NCBI GenBank assembly: GCA_946537835.1
Contig: CAMNGB010000001.1
Location: 1-47,311, forward strand
Length of the DNA: 47,311 nt
Direction of reading: 5' to 3'
Source: an uncultured Erysipelotrichaceae bacterium
GTDB lineage: Bacteria > Bacillota_I > Bacilli_A > Erysipelotrichales > Erysipelotrichaceae
A program made the translations under genes and the position numbers. Below are positions 21,894 through 30,815 of the stretch, in pieces (the first letter of the stretch is position 1; each line of letters opens with the position of its first letter). The notes beneath the pieces were generated by a model that did not search any database, had not been told where the DNA came from, and saw nothing but the letters and a program-made list of their open reading frames with translations.

Positions 21894-22643
21894 TCAGCCA
21901 TGTTTCACTTTATGGAGTTCCTGGGAAACAACATCATTGAACATCAGGAAAGAAAAGGTATCTGACAGGGCTGTGCTGGTGGTTCCTGCCAGCGGCAGAG
22001 TCGGCAGGCAGATCACTTCATCAAAGTTATGGCGCAGCGGATGCTTGGAATTCACTGTGATCAGAACCAGATACGGTTTTGTGACATTCTCATGCCGGAA
22101 ATTCTTCAGGAATTCCTGATGGGATGTGCCGCTGATGGCAGAATAGATAATGATCATATCGTTTTCTGCATATTCAAACGGCATCATATCGGTCTGCGGC
22201 ATCATGGAACAGATTTTGTCATCCAGAGAGAGCGTTATCAGCATTTCTTCGGCCGGCAGCCGGGAAAGATTGGATCCCATCAGAATGACTTTGCGGCTGC
22301 TTCTCATCCGCCGGATCAGTTTTCCTATTTTTACCCTGTCGGCAGACTTTTCCGTCTGCAGGATCAGGGTGGCATATTTGCTGCCGTTGGAAACGCCGGC
22401 AGGATTTTCTTTCATGCTTTTCAGATCCTGTGCCAGCTGATACTGCAGTTCCGCAAAACCGCTGAAGCCGAGCTTTTTGGCAAAGCGGGTCAGAGCCGGC
22501 TTGGTCGCCGAGGCATTGCTGGAAATATCGGTAATGCTGTGGGAAGCGAACTCATTCGGAAACTTTTTGATCATTTCATAGATATGTCTGTCAGTTTTGG
22601 AAAAGGAACTTGCCGAAGCATCCATCAGTTCAAGTATGTTCAT
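21894..22643 (-). CDS. MurR/RpiR family transcriptional regulator
   Basis: FSKTD, TKPALTRFAKKLGFSGFAELQ HTH; divergent SIS domain. Confidence 0.88.
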   Translation of the reverse strand: MNILELMDASASSFSKTDRHIYEMIKKFPNEFASHSITDISSNASATKPALTRFAKKLGFSGFAELQYQLAQDLKSMKENPAGVSNGSKYATLILQTEKSADRVKIGKLIRRMRSSRKVILMGSNLSRLPAEEMLITLSLDDKICSMMPQTDMMPFEYAENDMIIIYSAISGTSHQEFLKNFRHENVTKPYLVLITVNSKHPLRHNFDEVICLPTLPLAGTTSTALSDTFSFLMFNDVVSQELHKVKHG

Positions 22644-22683
22644 AAAGGACTCCTAACTGTAATCATTATAGCGCAAACGAAAA

Positions 22684-22715
22684 TGAAATGCATTTCAGAA
22701 ATAAAATATGTTTCA
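22684..22715. promoter_or_regulatory. Putative RpiR operators
   Basis: Perfect palindrome TGAAATGCATTTCA and related TAAAATATGTTTCA between the divergent regulator and PTS genes. Confidence 0.6.
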
Positions 22716-22732
22716 ATTTTGCATATATGTTA

Positions 22733-22787
22733 TTGACATATATTTTATGCAGCGCTATATTATGGCTGTGAACTAAAAGCGCTTTCA
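22733..22787 (+). promoter_or_regulatory. Promoter and cre-like site for EIIC-chbG
   Basis: TTGACA-17nt-TATATT; TAAAAGCGCTTTCA at 22774-22787. Confidence 0.75.
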
Positions 22788-22835
22788 CAGAGACGCCCGA
22801 TCAGCGTCGTGAAAAAACAGAGGAGAAAGAGAGAA

Positions 22836-24104
22836 ATGGAAAAGTTCCTAGACAAGCTGATTGCAATTTCAAGTAAATTTGCTCAGAACAGTGTACTCAA
22901 TATCATTCAGGGCGCATTCATGATGCTGATGCCGGTCACCATGATCGGCGGCTTCGTTGCCCTGTTCAACGGCATCGGTATCGATGCCTACCAGGCCTTC
23001 ATCACTTCCGCCGGAATCAAGGGCGTTCTCAATGTCATCTATCAGTGGACAATCGGCATGTTCGGTGTCTACGTATCCTTCCTTGTTGCCCTGCAGTTTG
23101 CCAGAGTACACAAGTGCTCAAAGTCTGATATCGCTGTCGGTCTGGTATCCATGGTCTGCTTCCTGATCGTTACACCGTATGTCATTCCTGAAGAACCGTT
23201 CGCACCTGCTTCCCTGCCGGTCAACTGGCTCGGTGCATCCGGCATGTTCACAGGCATCATCATTGCCTTCGTTGTCGGCTATATCTTCAAGTTCTGCCAG
23301 AAGTACAACATTGTCATCAAGCTTCCGGAACAGGTTCCGCCGATGGTATCCGCCCAGTTCACCAGCATCATTCCGGGCGCCATTGCCATGATTCTGTTCG
23401 GAATTCTCAACGCTGTATTTGCCGGAACTTCTCTCGGTTCCTTCCACCAGCTGATCTATACGATCGTATCCGCACCTCTGAATGCTGTCGGCGCCAACGT
23501 CTTCGGCGGCTGGCTGCTGATGATCGTCCTGTACGGTCTCTGGTTCTGCGGCATTCACGGCGGCATGACGGTAGGTCCGATCATTATGATGCTGTTCATG
23601 CAGCTGCAGATGGAAAACATGAGTGCCTTCCAGGCCGGTCAGCCGCTGCCGCACATGTACATCGGCGACGCCCTGAGCTACGGCTCCGGTTCCATTCCGA
23701 TGATCATTGCTGCCCTGATCTTCTGCAAGTCTGAATCCGGAAAGTCCATTTCCAGACTCGGCTTCCTGCCGGCCCTGTTCGGCGTTGACGAACCTGTCTA
23801 CTTCGGCATGCCGATGATCCTGAATCCGATTTTCTTCGTACCGTGGGTTCTCATTGCTCCGACCGTATCCGTATTCGGAACACATCTTCTGAAGATGATC
23901 GGCCTGCTCAGCTATTCTAACGGTACCGGCGGTCAGAATGCCGCAAACCTTCCGTTCTTTGTCGGCAACCTGATGAACTACGGTGTCAGCGGCCTGATCT
24001 GGGGCTGTGTCCTGTTCGCAGTCATCGTTCTTGCCTACGTGCCTTTCGTCAAGGCCTATGACAGGCAGATGCTTGCCCAGGAAGCAAAAACAGAAGAAAA
24101 CTGA
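22836..24104 (+). CDS. PTS lactose/cellobiose-family EIIC component
   Basis: LGASGMFTGII, IKLPEQVPPMV, WFCGIHG, EPVYFGMPMILNP, YVPFVKAYDRQ. Confidence 0.92.
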   Translation: MEKFLDKLIAISSKFAQNSVLNIIQGAFMMLMPVTMIGGFVALFNGIGIDAYQAFITSAGIKGVLNVIYQWTIGMFGVYVSFLVALQFARVHKCSKSDIAVGLVSMVCFLIVTPYVIPEEPFAPASLPVNWLGASGMFTGIIIAFVVGYIFKFCQKYNIVIKLPEQVPPMVSAQFTSIIPGAIAMILFGILNAVFAGTSLGSFHQLIYTIVSAPLNAVGANVFGGWLLMIVLYGLWFCGIHGGMTVGPIIMMLFMQLQMENMSAFQAGQPLPHMYIGDALSYGSGSIPMIIAALIFCKSESGKSISRLGFLPALFGVDEPVYFGMPMILNPIFFVPWVLIAPTVSVFGTHLLKMIGLLSYSNGTGGQNAANLPFFVGNLMNYGVSGLIWGCVLFAVIVLAYVPFVKAYDRQMLAQEAKTEEN

Positions 24105-24163
24105 TATTCTGCCAGGGAGGAGACAATCCTCCCCGGCTTTAAAACAGAAAGAGAGATTGAGAT

Positions 24164-24955
24164 ATGAAATTATTAGTACAGAGCGATGACTACGGAATCA
24201 CCAGAGCGGTTTCTCTCGGCTGCATTCATGGCATCCGCAGCGGTGTAGTCAGAAATACCGGCATGTTTGCCAATATGCCCTGGATCGAAGAATGCACGGA
24301 ATGGATCCGTCCCTATCTCGATCAGATTGCCTTCGGCATCGATCTCAACGCATCCACCGGGCCTTCCATTCTCGGCCATGACAGATTGCCGACGCTGACC
24401 CATGAAGACGGAACCTTCCTCGGCTCAAAGGAAAACAGAGCCCTGGATACCGATGAAAATGATCATGACCATCTGGCAGCACACAGAGATGAGCTCTATG
24501 CTGAATTCAAGGCCCAGATCGAACGCTATATCGAACTGGTCGGACATAAGCCGGACTATATCCACAACCATGCCTACGGCACAAAGACAACCGATGAAGT
24601 CACAAGAACTCTGGCGAAGGAATACGGCGTACTGTGTTCCGTTGCCTTCATGGACAGACCGGAAGTCAAGGAAGCCGGCATGGGATGGTATGTATGGGGC
24701 GGCCCGGAAGCACAGCTGAACGAAGATCCGATTTCCTATATTACTTCAGACAAGGGAGAGATCCTGAATCAGGAATACGGCTATATCGTATCCCACTGCG
24801 GCTATGCCGATGCCGATCTCTTCAGACTGACAAGCTTTACCCTCTGCCGTCCCAAGGATCTTGAGGCAATGACAAGCGATGCCGTAAAGAACTGGGTCAG
24901 AGACAATAACATTGAACTTGTATCATTCAAGGATCTGCCGAAAGAGTGGATCTGA
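24164..24955 (+). CDS. ChbG/YdjC family deacetylase (variant)
   Basis: LLVQSDDYG start, EFKAQIERY, SHCGY, NNIELVSF; follows the EIIC gene. Confidence 0.88.
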   Translation: MKLLVQSDDYGITRAVSLGCIHGIRSGVVRNTGMFANMPWIEECTEWIRPYLDQIAFGIDLNASTGPSILGHDRLPTLTHEDGTFLGSKENRALDTDENDHDHLAAHRDELYAEFKAQIERYIELVGHKPDYIHNHAYGTKTTDEVTRTLAKEYGVLCSVAFMDRPEVKEAGMGWYVWGGPEAQLNEDPISYITSDKGEILNQEYGYIVSHCGYADADLFRLTSFTLCRPKDLEAMTSDAVKNWVRDNNIELVSFKDLPKEWI

Positions 24956-24978
24956 AACCCTGATATACATCCCCTTTC

Positions 24979-25003
24979 AAAAGCTTCTCCGGAAGCTTTT
25001 TCT
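24979..25003 (+). terminator. Terminator after chbG
   Basis: AAAAGCTTC-TCCG-GAAGCTTTTT. Confidence 0.7.
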
Positions 25004-25105
25004 GTATTTCATGAATAAGTGCAGCAGATACCGTCTTTTATCATATTTGCAGAGAATTCACATCAGTATGCTATAATGCATAATTGTATTATTGAGGTTA
25101 ACGGT

Positions 25106-26548
25106 ATGAGAAAAGTTTTCGCTCCCATATTGAGTATATGCATGGCTCTGAGCATCGTGCCTTTTCAGCCGGTCCTGGCGGAAGATCCGCCCTATACCGA
25201 TACGGAATACTGGAAAGAACGGTGTACGCAGTCCGGCGGTCTTGAAGATGAAGACTATGAAGCCTGCCAGGGCTACAATGAGTATCTGAAATCTTCTTCC
25301 ACCTCGCTGAATGAACAGCTGGAAGCTCTGAAAGCACAGGAAGAGGACATCAAGAAGAACATTGCCGATTACGGTCTGAAGATCCAGAATTACCAGACGG
25401 AAATCGATGCCAAGCAGGTTGAAATCAATCAGACGGTCAATGATATCGCTGCCAAGCAGGTTGAAATTGACAACAAGCAGATTGAAATCGACAACAAGCA
25501 GAAGGAAATCGATGCCACCCAGGCAGAGATCGACGCTGCCAACGAGAAGATCAGGACCCGGATGGAAATCTCCCAGTCTTCGATGCGTCTCAACAAGTTC
25601 ACCGATATCCTGATGGGTGCCGACAGCTTTGAAGAGTTCCTGCGCATTTCCAACGGTCTGAGTGCCATTTCCCAGTATGACCAGAAGATCCTTGATGACA
25701 TGAAGGTTCTCCGCGAAAAGCTGAACACCCAGCGTGAGGAAATGGAAACCGCCAAGGCCGAAATGGAAGTTCAGAAGCAGGAACTTGAAGATATCAAGCT
25801 CTGGCTTGAACAGCAGCAGAATGAAATCATCGTAAAGCAGACCGAAATGGAAATGGTCCGCAAGGCTGCCATGGAAGAGGAAGCGAAGATCAGAAGCCAG
25901 TCTGACCAGGTTGCCAGCAATATTGCCGAGCTGAACTCAATGATGATCGAACTGATCAGAGCCGGAAGACTGGATGATGTAACGATCACCACCAACGGCT
26001 GGACATACCCTGTTCCGGGCGGCTACCGCAGTGCCGGTACATGGTCCTATGACGGCTACGGTGCCTATCCGCATCTCGGCATGGACTTTGCGGCATCTGT
26101 CGGAACAACCATTGTCGCTGTCGGCAACGGTGTTGTTCTTGCCTCAGCCAACGGCTGTCCGACTTACGGCTACCTCGGCAACTGGTGCGGTTCTGCCCAG
26201 GGCGGTGCTGCCGGCGGCGGCAACCAGGTATACCAGCTGACTGTTGTCAACGGTTCGCTTTATGCCATCGGCTATGCGCATATGATGCTGAACTCACCGG
26301 TTGCGGCAGGAACCATTCTCTCCGCCGGTGACTATGTCGGAAGAGTCGGCTCAGCCGGCAACTCCACCGGTCCGCACTGCCACGTCGAAATCATCTATCT
26401 GGGTGACGGATCCGACTTCTCCTACTATGCCCAGCACTGGAACGGTGACTTCTCCTTCGGCTGCGGATGGGTAGGATATGACAGAAAATGTGATGCCGGC
26501 TACGGTGCTCCGTGCCGCATCCGTCCCGAATCCGTATTCGGCTACTGA
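25106..26548 (+). CDS. Secreted coiled-coil plus M23 peptidase (EnvC/PcsB-like architecture)
   Basis: Signal peptide ending VLA-ED, long heptad region, HLGMD, YAHM, GNSTGPHCH. Confidence 0.9.
   Translation: MRKVFAPILSICMALSIVPFQPVLAEDPPYTDTEYWKERCTQSGGLEDEDYEACQGYNEYLKSSSTSLNEQLEALKAQEEDIKKNIADYGLKIQNYQTEIDAKQVEINQTVNDIAAKQVEIDNKQIEIDNKQKEIDATQAEIDAANEKIRTRMEISQSSMRLNKFTDILMGADSFEEFLRISNGLSAISQYDQKILDDMKVLREKLNTQREEMETAKAEMEVQKQELEDIKLWLEQQQNEIIVKQTEMEMVRKAAMEEEAKIRSQSDQVASNIAELNSMMIELIRAGRLDDVTITTNGWTYPVPGGYRSAGTWSYDGYGAYPHLGMDFAASVGTTIVAVGNGVVLASANGCPTYGYLGNWCGSAQGGAAGGGNQVYQLTVVNGSLYAIGYAHMMLNSPVAAGTILSAGDYVGRVGSAGNSTGPHCHVEIIYLGDGSDFSYYAQHWNGDFSFGCGWVGYDRKCDAGYGAPCRIRPESVFGY
25400..25540 (+). 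repeat. Degenerate 21-bp tandem repeats encoding heptads
   Basis: GAAAT(C/T)GA(C/T)nnCAAGCAG units: IDAKQVE / IAAKQVE / IDNKQIE / IDNKQKE / IDATQAE. Confidence 0.75.
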
Positions 26549-26559
26549 CAGATACAGTA

Positions 26560-26590
26560 CAGGCTGCAGCAGACGCTGCAGCCTTTTTCT
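26560..26590 (+). terminator. Terminator after the M23 gene
   Basis: AGGCTGCAGC-AGAC-GCTGCAGCCT-TTTT. Confidence 0.8.
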
Positions 26591-26595
26591 GTCTG

Positions 26596-27051
26596 TTATT
26601 CTTCCTGTTCTGCCGGCAGCAGCCGCTGAAACTGCTGATCCAGTTTTTCCTTTGCCTCTTTTGCCTTGACTTCGGCCCGGGCATCGGCCATCTCATCTTC
26701 AGGCAGGATTTCCATGATGACCCGCATCGTATCCCTGAATTCCGGCAGGATCTTTGCCAGCTGCCCTCTGACTTTTTCCAGCTCCGTGAAATTCCAGCTT
26801 CCTTCCAGCTTCAGATAGTTTTCCAGGATCGTGTTCAGATACGGCATATAGCGGTCATACAGACGGTCAAGTTCCCTTTCGCCGCTGTCAAACCAGTACT
26901 GAAGGTCTCTGAGATCCCGCAGCTGCCGGATCAGCAGAGACAGTTCCTCCTTCATTTTTTTGTCATATATTTTTTCTTTTGTTTCTTCCAGATAGGAGAT
27001 ATATCCTCCTGCCTGCTTCATATGAAGTTCTTTCTTTTCTTCGGTACTCAT
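26596..27051 (-). CDS. Helical protein, XpaC-like (tentative)
   Basis: LDRLYDRYMPYLNTILENY resembles the XpaC-family core; ATGA overlap with the upstream gene. Confidence 0.6.
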   Translation of the reverse strand: MSTEEKKELHMKQAGGYISYLEETKEKIYDKKMKEELSLLIRQLRDLRDLQYWFDSGERELDRLYDRYMPYLNTILENYLKLEGSWNFTELEKVRGQLAKILPEFRDTMRVIMEILPEDEMADARAEVKAKEAKEKLDQQFQRLLPAEQEE

Positions 27052-28508
27052 TCTTCCAGGACCAGTCTTCCTTCCACATGGGCATCGAGCCCCTGATGCA
27101 GCGCAAAGTATTCCTCAACGATATTGTTCAGAGAACTTATGACGATGCGCGGCGGCATATTTTTCTTCACTTCCTTCAGCGGTACGCCCAGGAATTCGTC
27201 AAAGCTGTTGTAATGATATGTCTGCAGGGCAATCTTCAGCCGCATGTCATCTCTGATCTCCTCACCCCGGAATGTGAATTCCTTCAGTTCCCGGGTGCTC
27301 TTCTTATACCGGATGTGCACGCCCTTTGAGAACTGATAAAACTCGGTATGTCCTTCCCATGCTTCATCCCTGAGGATATGGAGCACCATCCTCCGGAACT
27401 GTTCACCGGTCACTTCCAGCATATAGACTTCACTGTCGAACGGTGTGTTCTCGAGCATGTCCTGATATTCGACGATCGGCCCCAGTTCTTCTTTTCTCAA
27501 TGCCCCCGACCCCATCAGCATGATGTCAAAGGAACTGTCTTCCTGCAGCAGGTCGGCATAGAGATTGCCGATCTCTGTTTCCTGATTGCGGGCAGGATGT
27601 GTCAGTTTCCGTTTCAGACGGGTCAGGATCCGGTGATATTTCATATCTGTTTCATTCCGGTACCGCTCCAGCAGTTTCTCCAGAACCTCATCTTTCGGAG
27701 CAGTATGTTCATTGATCGGCACGCACTGCCAGCTGTAGCTGCGGATCCGTTTCCGCCAGGTGTCATATTCGATATCGAAGCGGCCGATCTGTCCGGTGCC
27801 CTTGCCGGCCTGAACGACCGGAATGCCGTTGATGATCTCGGGGGTTTCCATATATGTATGGGAATGACCGCCGATGATGATGTCCACGCCCCACCTCGGA
27901 TCCATATATTCTGCCAGCTTTCTGTCTTCCTCAATGCCGAGATGTGTCAGCAGGATCGTCATGTCGGTCCTGCTGGTACGGTAGTTGTCACAGATGATCC
28001 CGACCTCTCTTGCGGCATCCATGACATCGATAAAGGTTCCGATGACTTTTTCATTTTTTGTCACGGCCAGCACTTCTTCCGTCAGGATGCCGATGAACAT
28101 GATGCGCAGTCCGCCGCATTCAACATTCAGATACGGCAGAAAAAGCCTGGTATTGTTCATGGTCACAAACAGATTGGCATTGATGATCGGAAAGCGGGCG
28201 CACTTTTCCAGAAACAGCAGATGTGCCAGACCGTAATCGACTTCATGATTGCCTATTGCGGCAACATCCGGATTCAGTACGTTGATCAGATCGATGGTTG
28301 ACAGTCCCATATATTCACTGTCGATCACAGATCCGCGGAACATGTCTCCGGCAATGGCAAAAATCGTATCCGGCTGTTCTTTCCGGACCTGATTGACATA
28401 GCCGCTCAGACGTACAAGGCCTCCTGTTTCTTCATTTTCGTTCAGCTGCGGCAGAAAGTCTCCATGCATATCATTCGAATGGAGGATCGTCAGTTTTCTG
28501 ATTGCCAT
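27048..28508 (-). CDS. Bifunctional metallophosphatase/5'-nucleotidase, no signal peptide
   Basis: LHSNDMHG, AGDMFRG, GNHEVD, LTHLG, GGHSH, plus C-terminal nucleotidase domain. Confidence 0.92.
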   Translation of the reverse strand: MAIRKLTILHSNDMHGDFLPQLNENEETGGLVRLSGYVNQVRKEQPDTIFAIAGDMFRGSVIDSEYMGLSTIDLINVLNPDVAAIGNHEVDYGLAHLLFLEKCARFPIINANLFVTMNNTRLFLPYLNVECGGLRIMFIGILTEEVLAVTKNEKVIGTFIDVMDAAREVGIICDNYRTSRTDMTILLTHLGIEEDRKLAEYMDPRWGVDIIIGGHSHTYMETPEIINGIPVVQAGKGTGQIGRFDIEYDTWRKRIRSYSWQCVPINEHTAPKDEVLEKLLERYRNETDMKYHRILTRLKRKLTHPARNQETEIGNLYADLLQEDSSFDIMLMGSGALRKEELGPIVEYQDMLENTPFDSEVYMLEVTGEQFRRMVLHILRDEAWEGHTEFYQFSKGVHIRYKKSTRELKEFTFRGEEIRDDMRLKIALQTYHYNSFDEFLGVPLKEVKKNMPPRIVISSLNNIVEEYFALHQGLDAHVEGRLVLEE

Positions 28509-28574
28509 GATAATTCTCCGTTCTGCAGCATTATCAATGTCTGCATCCCCATTATAGCAAAAGAAAAAACAGGC

Positions 28575-29222
28575 TTACGCCTGTCCGGAAGATTCCATGA
28601 ACAGAGAAATGATCCAGTCGCTGTTGATCAGCGGGAAGTCTTCCTCATTGATTTCAAAGCGGTCGCTTTCGGCCCGGATCTCCTCTTCCAGAAGATTGAG
28701 GGGAATCAGGAAGGAAAGGCCTTTGTCATCGGTGCGGACATTGATCTTCATGACGCCGTCACTGACATTCTGATACTCGACCGAAGTCACATCCTGGGGA
28801 TTACCGTTGCGGCTGTCAATGAACTCTATGAAGCTGTCATATTTTGCCAGTTCCACGGCAATATCGGAAACACCGTCTTCAAAGATCTGGATCTTTTCAG
28901 TGAATTCCCTGACCGTCGCACAGCGGCGCAGGCGGTATCCCTGCTTCAGCAGCGGTCTGGCGGAAGCCCGCATGGCTGCCTCTTCCCCGGTTCCCTGCGA
29001 CAGCCACAGGACAAACTTATGTTTCGGATCGGCATAGACCAGCGGATACTGGACCATGAAATCCGTGTGGCAGTGCGGACAGGAATGACGGAAGATGTCG
29101 CCGCTCAGGCAGGCATCCCTGAGATCGGGATCGGTTTCCGTATTCACACTCTCATAGACGGTGATGTCAAATTCCCTGCCGCAGTACGGGCAGGTATATT
29201 TCAGTTCTCTGGATTTGCTCAT
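28575..29222 (-). CDS. CpXC domain protein
   Basis: CPYCG...SVN...CPHC...YPLVYAD; EKIQIFEDGVSDIAVELAK. Confidence 0.8.
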   Translation of the reverse strand: MSKSRELKYTCPYCGREFDITVYESVNTETDPDLRDACLSGDIFRHSCPHCHTDFMVQYPLVYADPKHKFVLWLSQGTGEEAAMRASARPLLKQGYRLRRCATVREFTEKIQIFEDGVSDIAVELAKYDSFIEFIDSRNGNPQDVTSVEYQNVSDGVMKINVRTDDKGLSFLIPLNLLEEEIRAESDRFEINEEDFPLINSDWIISLFMESSGQA

Positions 29223-29233
29223 AATACCTCGAT

Positions 29234-29938
29234 TCAGCTGCGGATCGAAATGCCGCTGAAAGAAATGCCGGCCTTGTCCATCTCACGGATGATGCGGTCT
29301 CTGGCCGCAATCTGATCCTCGGTAAGGTTTTCACCCGCAAACAGGGCAAACAGGCGGCATTCGCCGTTGTTCAGATAGGGAAGGGCCCAGATCGGATCAT
29401 CGAAATGAATGCCGATATCTTCTTCCGGTTCCTCTTCGATGGTACCCGTCAGGAAGGGACCCTTGACGCCGGTGATGCGCATATCATATTCCCTGACGGC
29501 ATGATTGACAACAATGCCGGTCAGGACAATATCCGGGTAATAGGGATCGCGCAGACTGTCCAGGCGCGGATCAAATCTGGTTCTGAGAAGATCCTCATCG
29601 GTTCCGAAGTCGCGCCGTTCCAGCCACGGTTCGTTCTTTTCCCGCATTTCCAGCGAACTTTCGGCGATCCGTGCTTCCCTGCCGATTACCTGATCAATGG
29701 AAAAGACACCGAGCATCTGTTCATCATCCAGTCCGCGGGTGCAGTTCTCCCAGGAAGAGCCGACGGAAAGAACATTGAATTCCAGCAGGCCGTCCCGGGC
29801 ACAGTATGACGAACAAAGCGCAAAACAGTCATCTTCATGAATTTCGATCTGATCTTTCAGAAGATCCGTCAGATCATCTGCTTCAATCGTTATGTACTGA
29901 TGATAATATTCTGTCAATCTGTATTCTTCGACTTTCAT
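29234..29938 (-). CDS. Acidic hypothetical protein
   Basis: 234-aa ORF from MKVEEY with AGGGA RBS, 11 nt upstream of the CpXC gene. Confidence 0.75.
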   Translation of the reverse strand: MKVEEYRLTEYYHQYITIEADDLTDLLKDQIEIHEDDCFALCSSYCARDGLLEFNVLSVGSSWENCTRGLDDEQMLGVFSIDQVIGREARIAESSLEMREKNEPWLERRDFGTDEDLLRTRFDPRLDSLRDPYYPDIVLTGIVVNHAVREYDMRITGVKGPFLTGTIEEEPEEDIGIHFDDPIWALPYLNNGECRLFALFAGENLTEDQIAARDRIIREMDKAGISFSGISIRS

Positions 29939-30034
29939 AACTGTCCCTGTGTGCATATTTTATATCATACCCGCAATTTAGGCACAACCGATGCTCCGAA
30001 GAAAAAAGGCTCCCTGCCGGAGCCTTGATGTTTC

Positions 30035-30754
30035 TCAGTTTCTGGATTTGCTGCTGCCGAGGATTCTCAGGATATACATCAGAATATTGATGAAGTCCAG
30101 ATACAGCTGGAAAGCGCTGTAGACAGCCAGGTTGCCCTGGATCCTGTCATCCTGTACATAGTAGTACTGCTTGATCTTCTGCATATCGAAGGCCGTCAGA
30201 CCCAGGAAGATGATCAGTCCGGCATAGCCGAAGATCAGGCTTCCGCGCAGAGACGGAATGAAGAGGCTGACAGCAGATACGATCACCAGGGAGATCAGGG
30301 CACCGAACAGCAGACCGCTGAACTGTGTCAGATCAACCGATGTCGTATGGCCGATAATGGCGCAGCTGATGAACAGCACTGCCGCAAACAGGAAGGCTGT
30401 TCCGAATGTTCCCAGTCCGTAGGCAAACGGCAGAACCGAGAAGGTTACACCGGTCAGGGCCGAATAGACGAAGAACATGATATACAGTGTCGTTGTATTG
30501 AACTTTGTCAGGCCGGCACCCATGCCGACAGCGATACCCAGTTCAGCCAGCAGAATGACCAGGGAAACCCACGGCGTACCCAGAACCAGATTTGCCAGGA
30601 AGCCTCCGTTCAGCATGGAACTATATCCGATGAAGGCAATGGCTGCTGTCAGGGCAACACCGATTCCCATGATCGTAAATACCTTTGTAATATAGGCGTT
30701 CAGAGAAACACCGCTTTGTGTATAAGCATTTTCAGGACGATTGAATTCACTCAT
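30035..30754 (-). CDS. Bax inhibitor-1/YccA family membrane protein
   Basis: Seven hydrophobic segments, TAFDMQKIK, LYLDFINI. Confidence 0.92.
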   Translation of the reverse strand: MSEFNRPENAYTQSGVSLNAYITKVFTIMGIGVALTAAIAFIGYSSMLNGGFLANLVLGTPWVSLVILLAELGIAVGMGAGLTKFNTTTLYIMFFVYSALTGVTFSVLPFAYGLGTFGTAFLFAAVLFISCAIIGHTTSVDLTQFSGLLFGALISLVIVSAVSLFIPSLRGSLIFGYAGLIIFLGLTAFDMQKIKQYYYVQDDRIQGNLAVYSAFQLYLDFINILMYILRILGSSKSRN

Positions 30755-30815
30755 ATCAATTCACCTGCCTTTCTTCAGAATATTATGATAGCGCTGTTTG
30801 ACCAAAAGTCAATCA

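Noticed and set aside
25400-25540. Short repeats as a CRISPR array (also 40860-41140)
   Set aside because: In-frame degenerate coding repeats without unique spacers; no cas genes.
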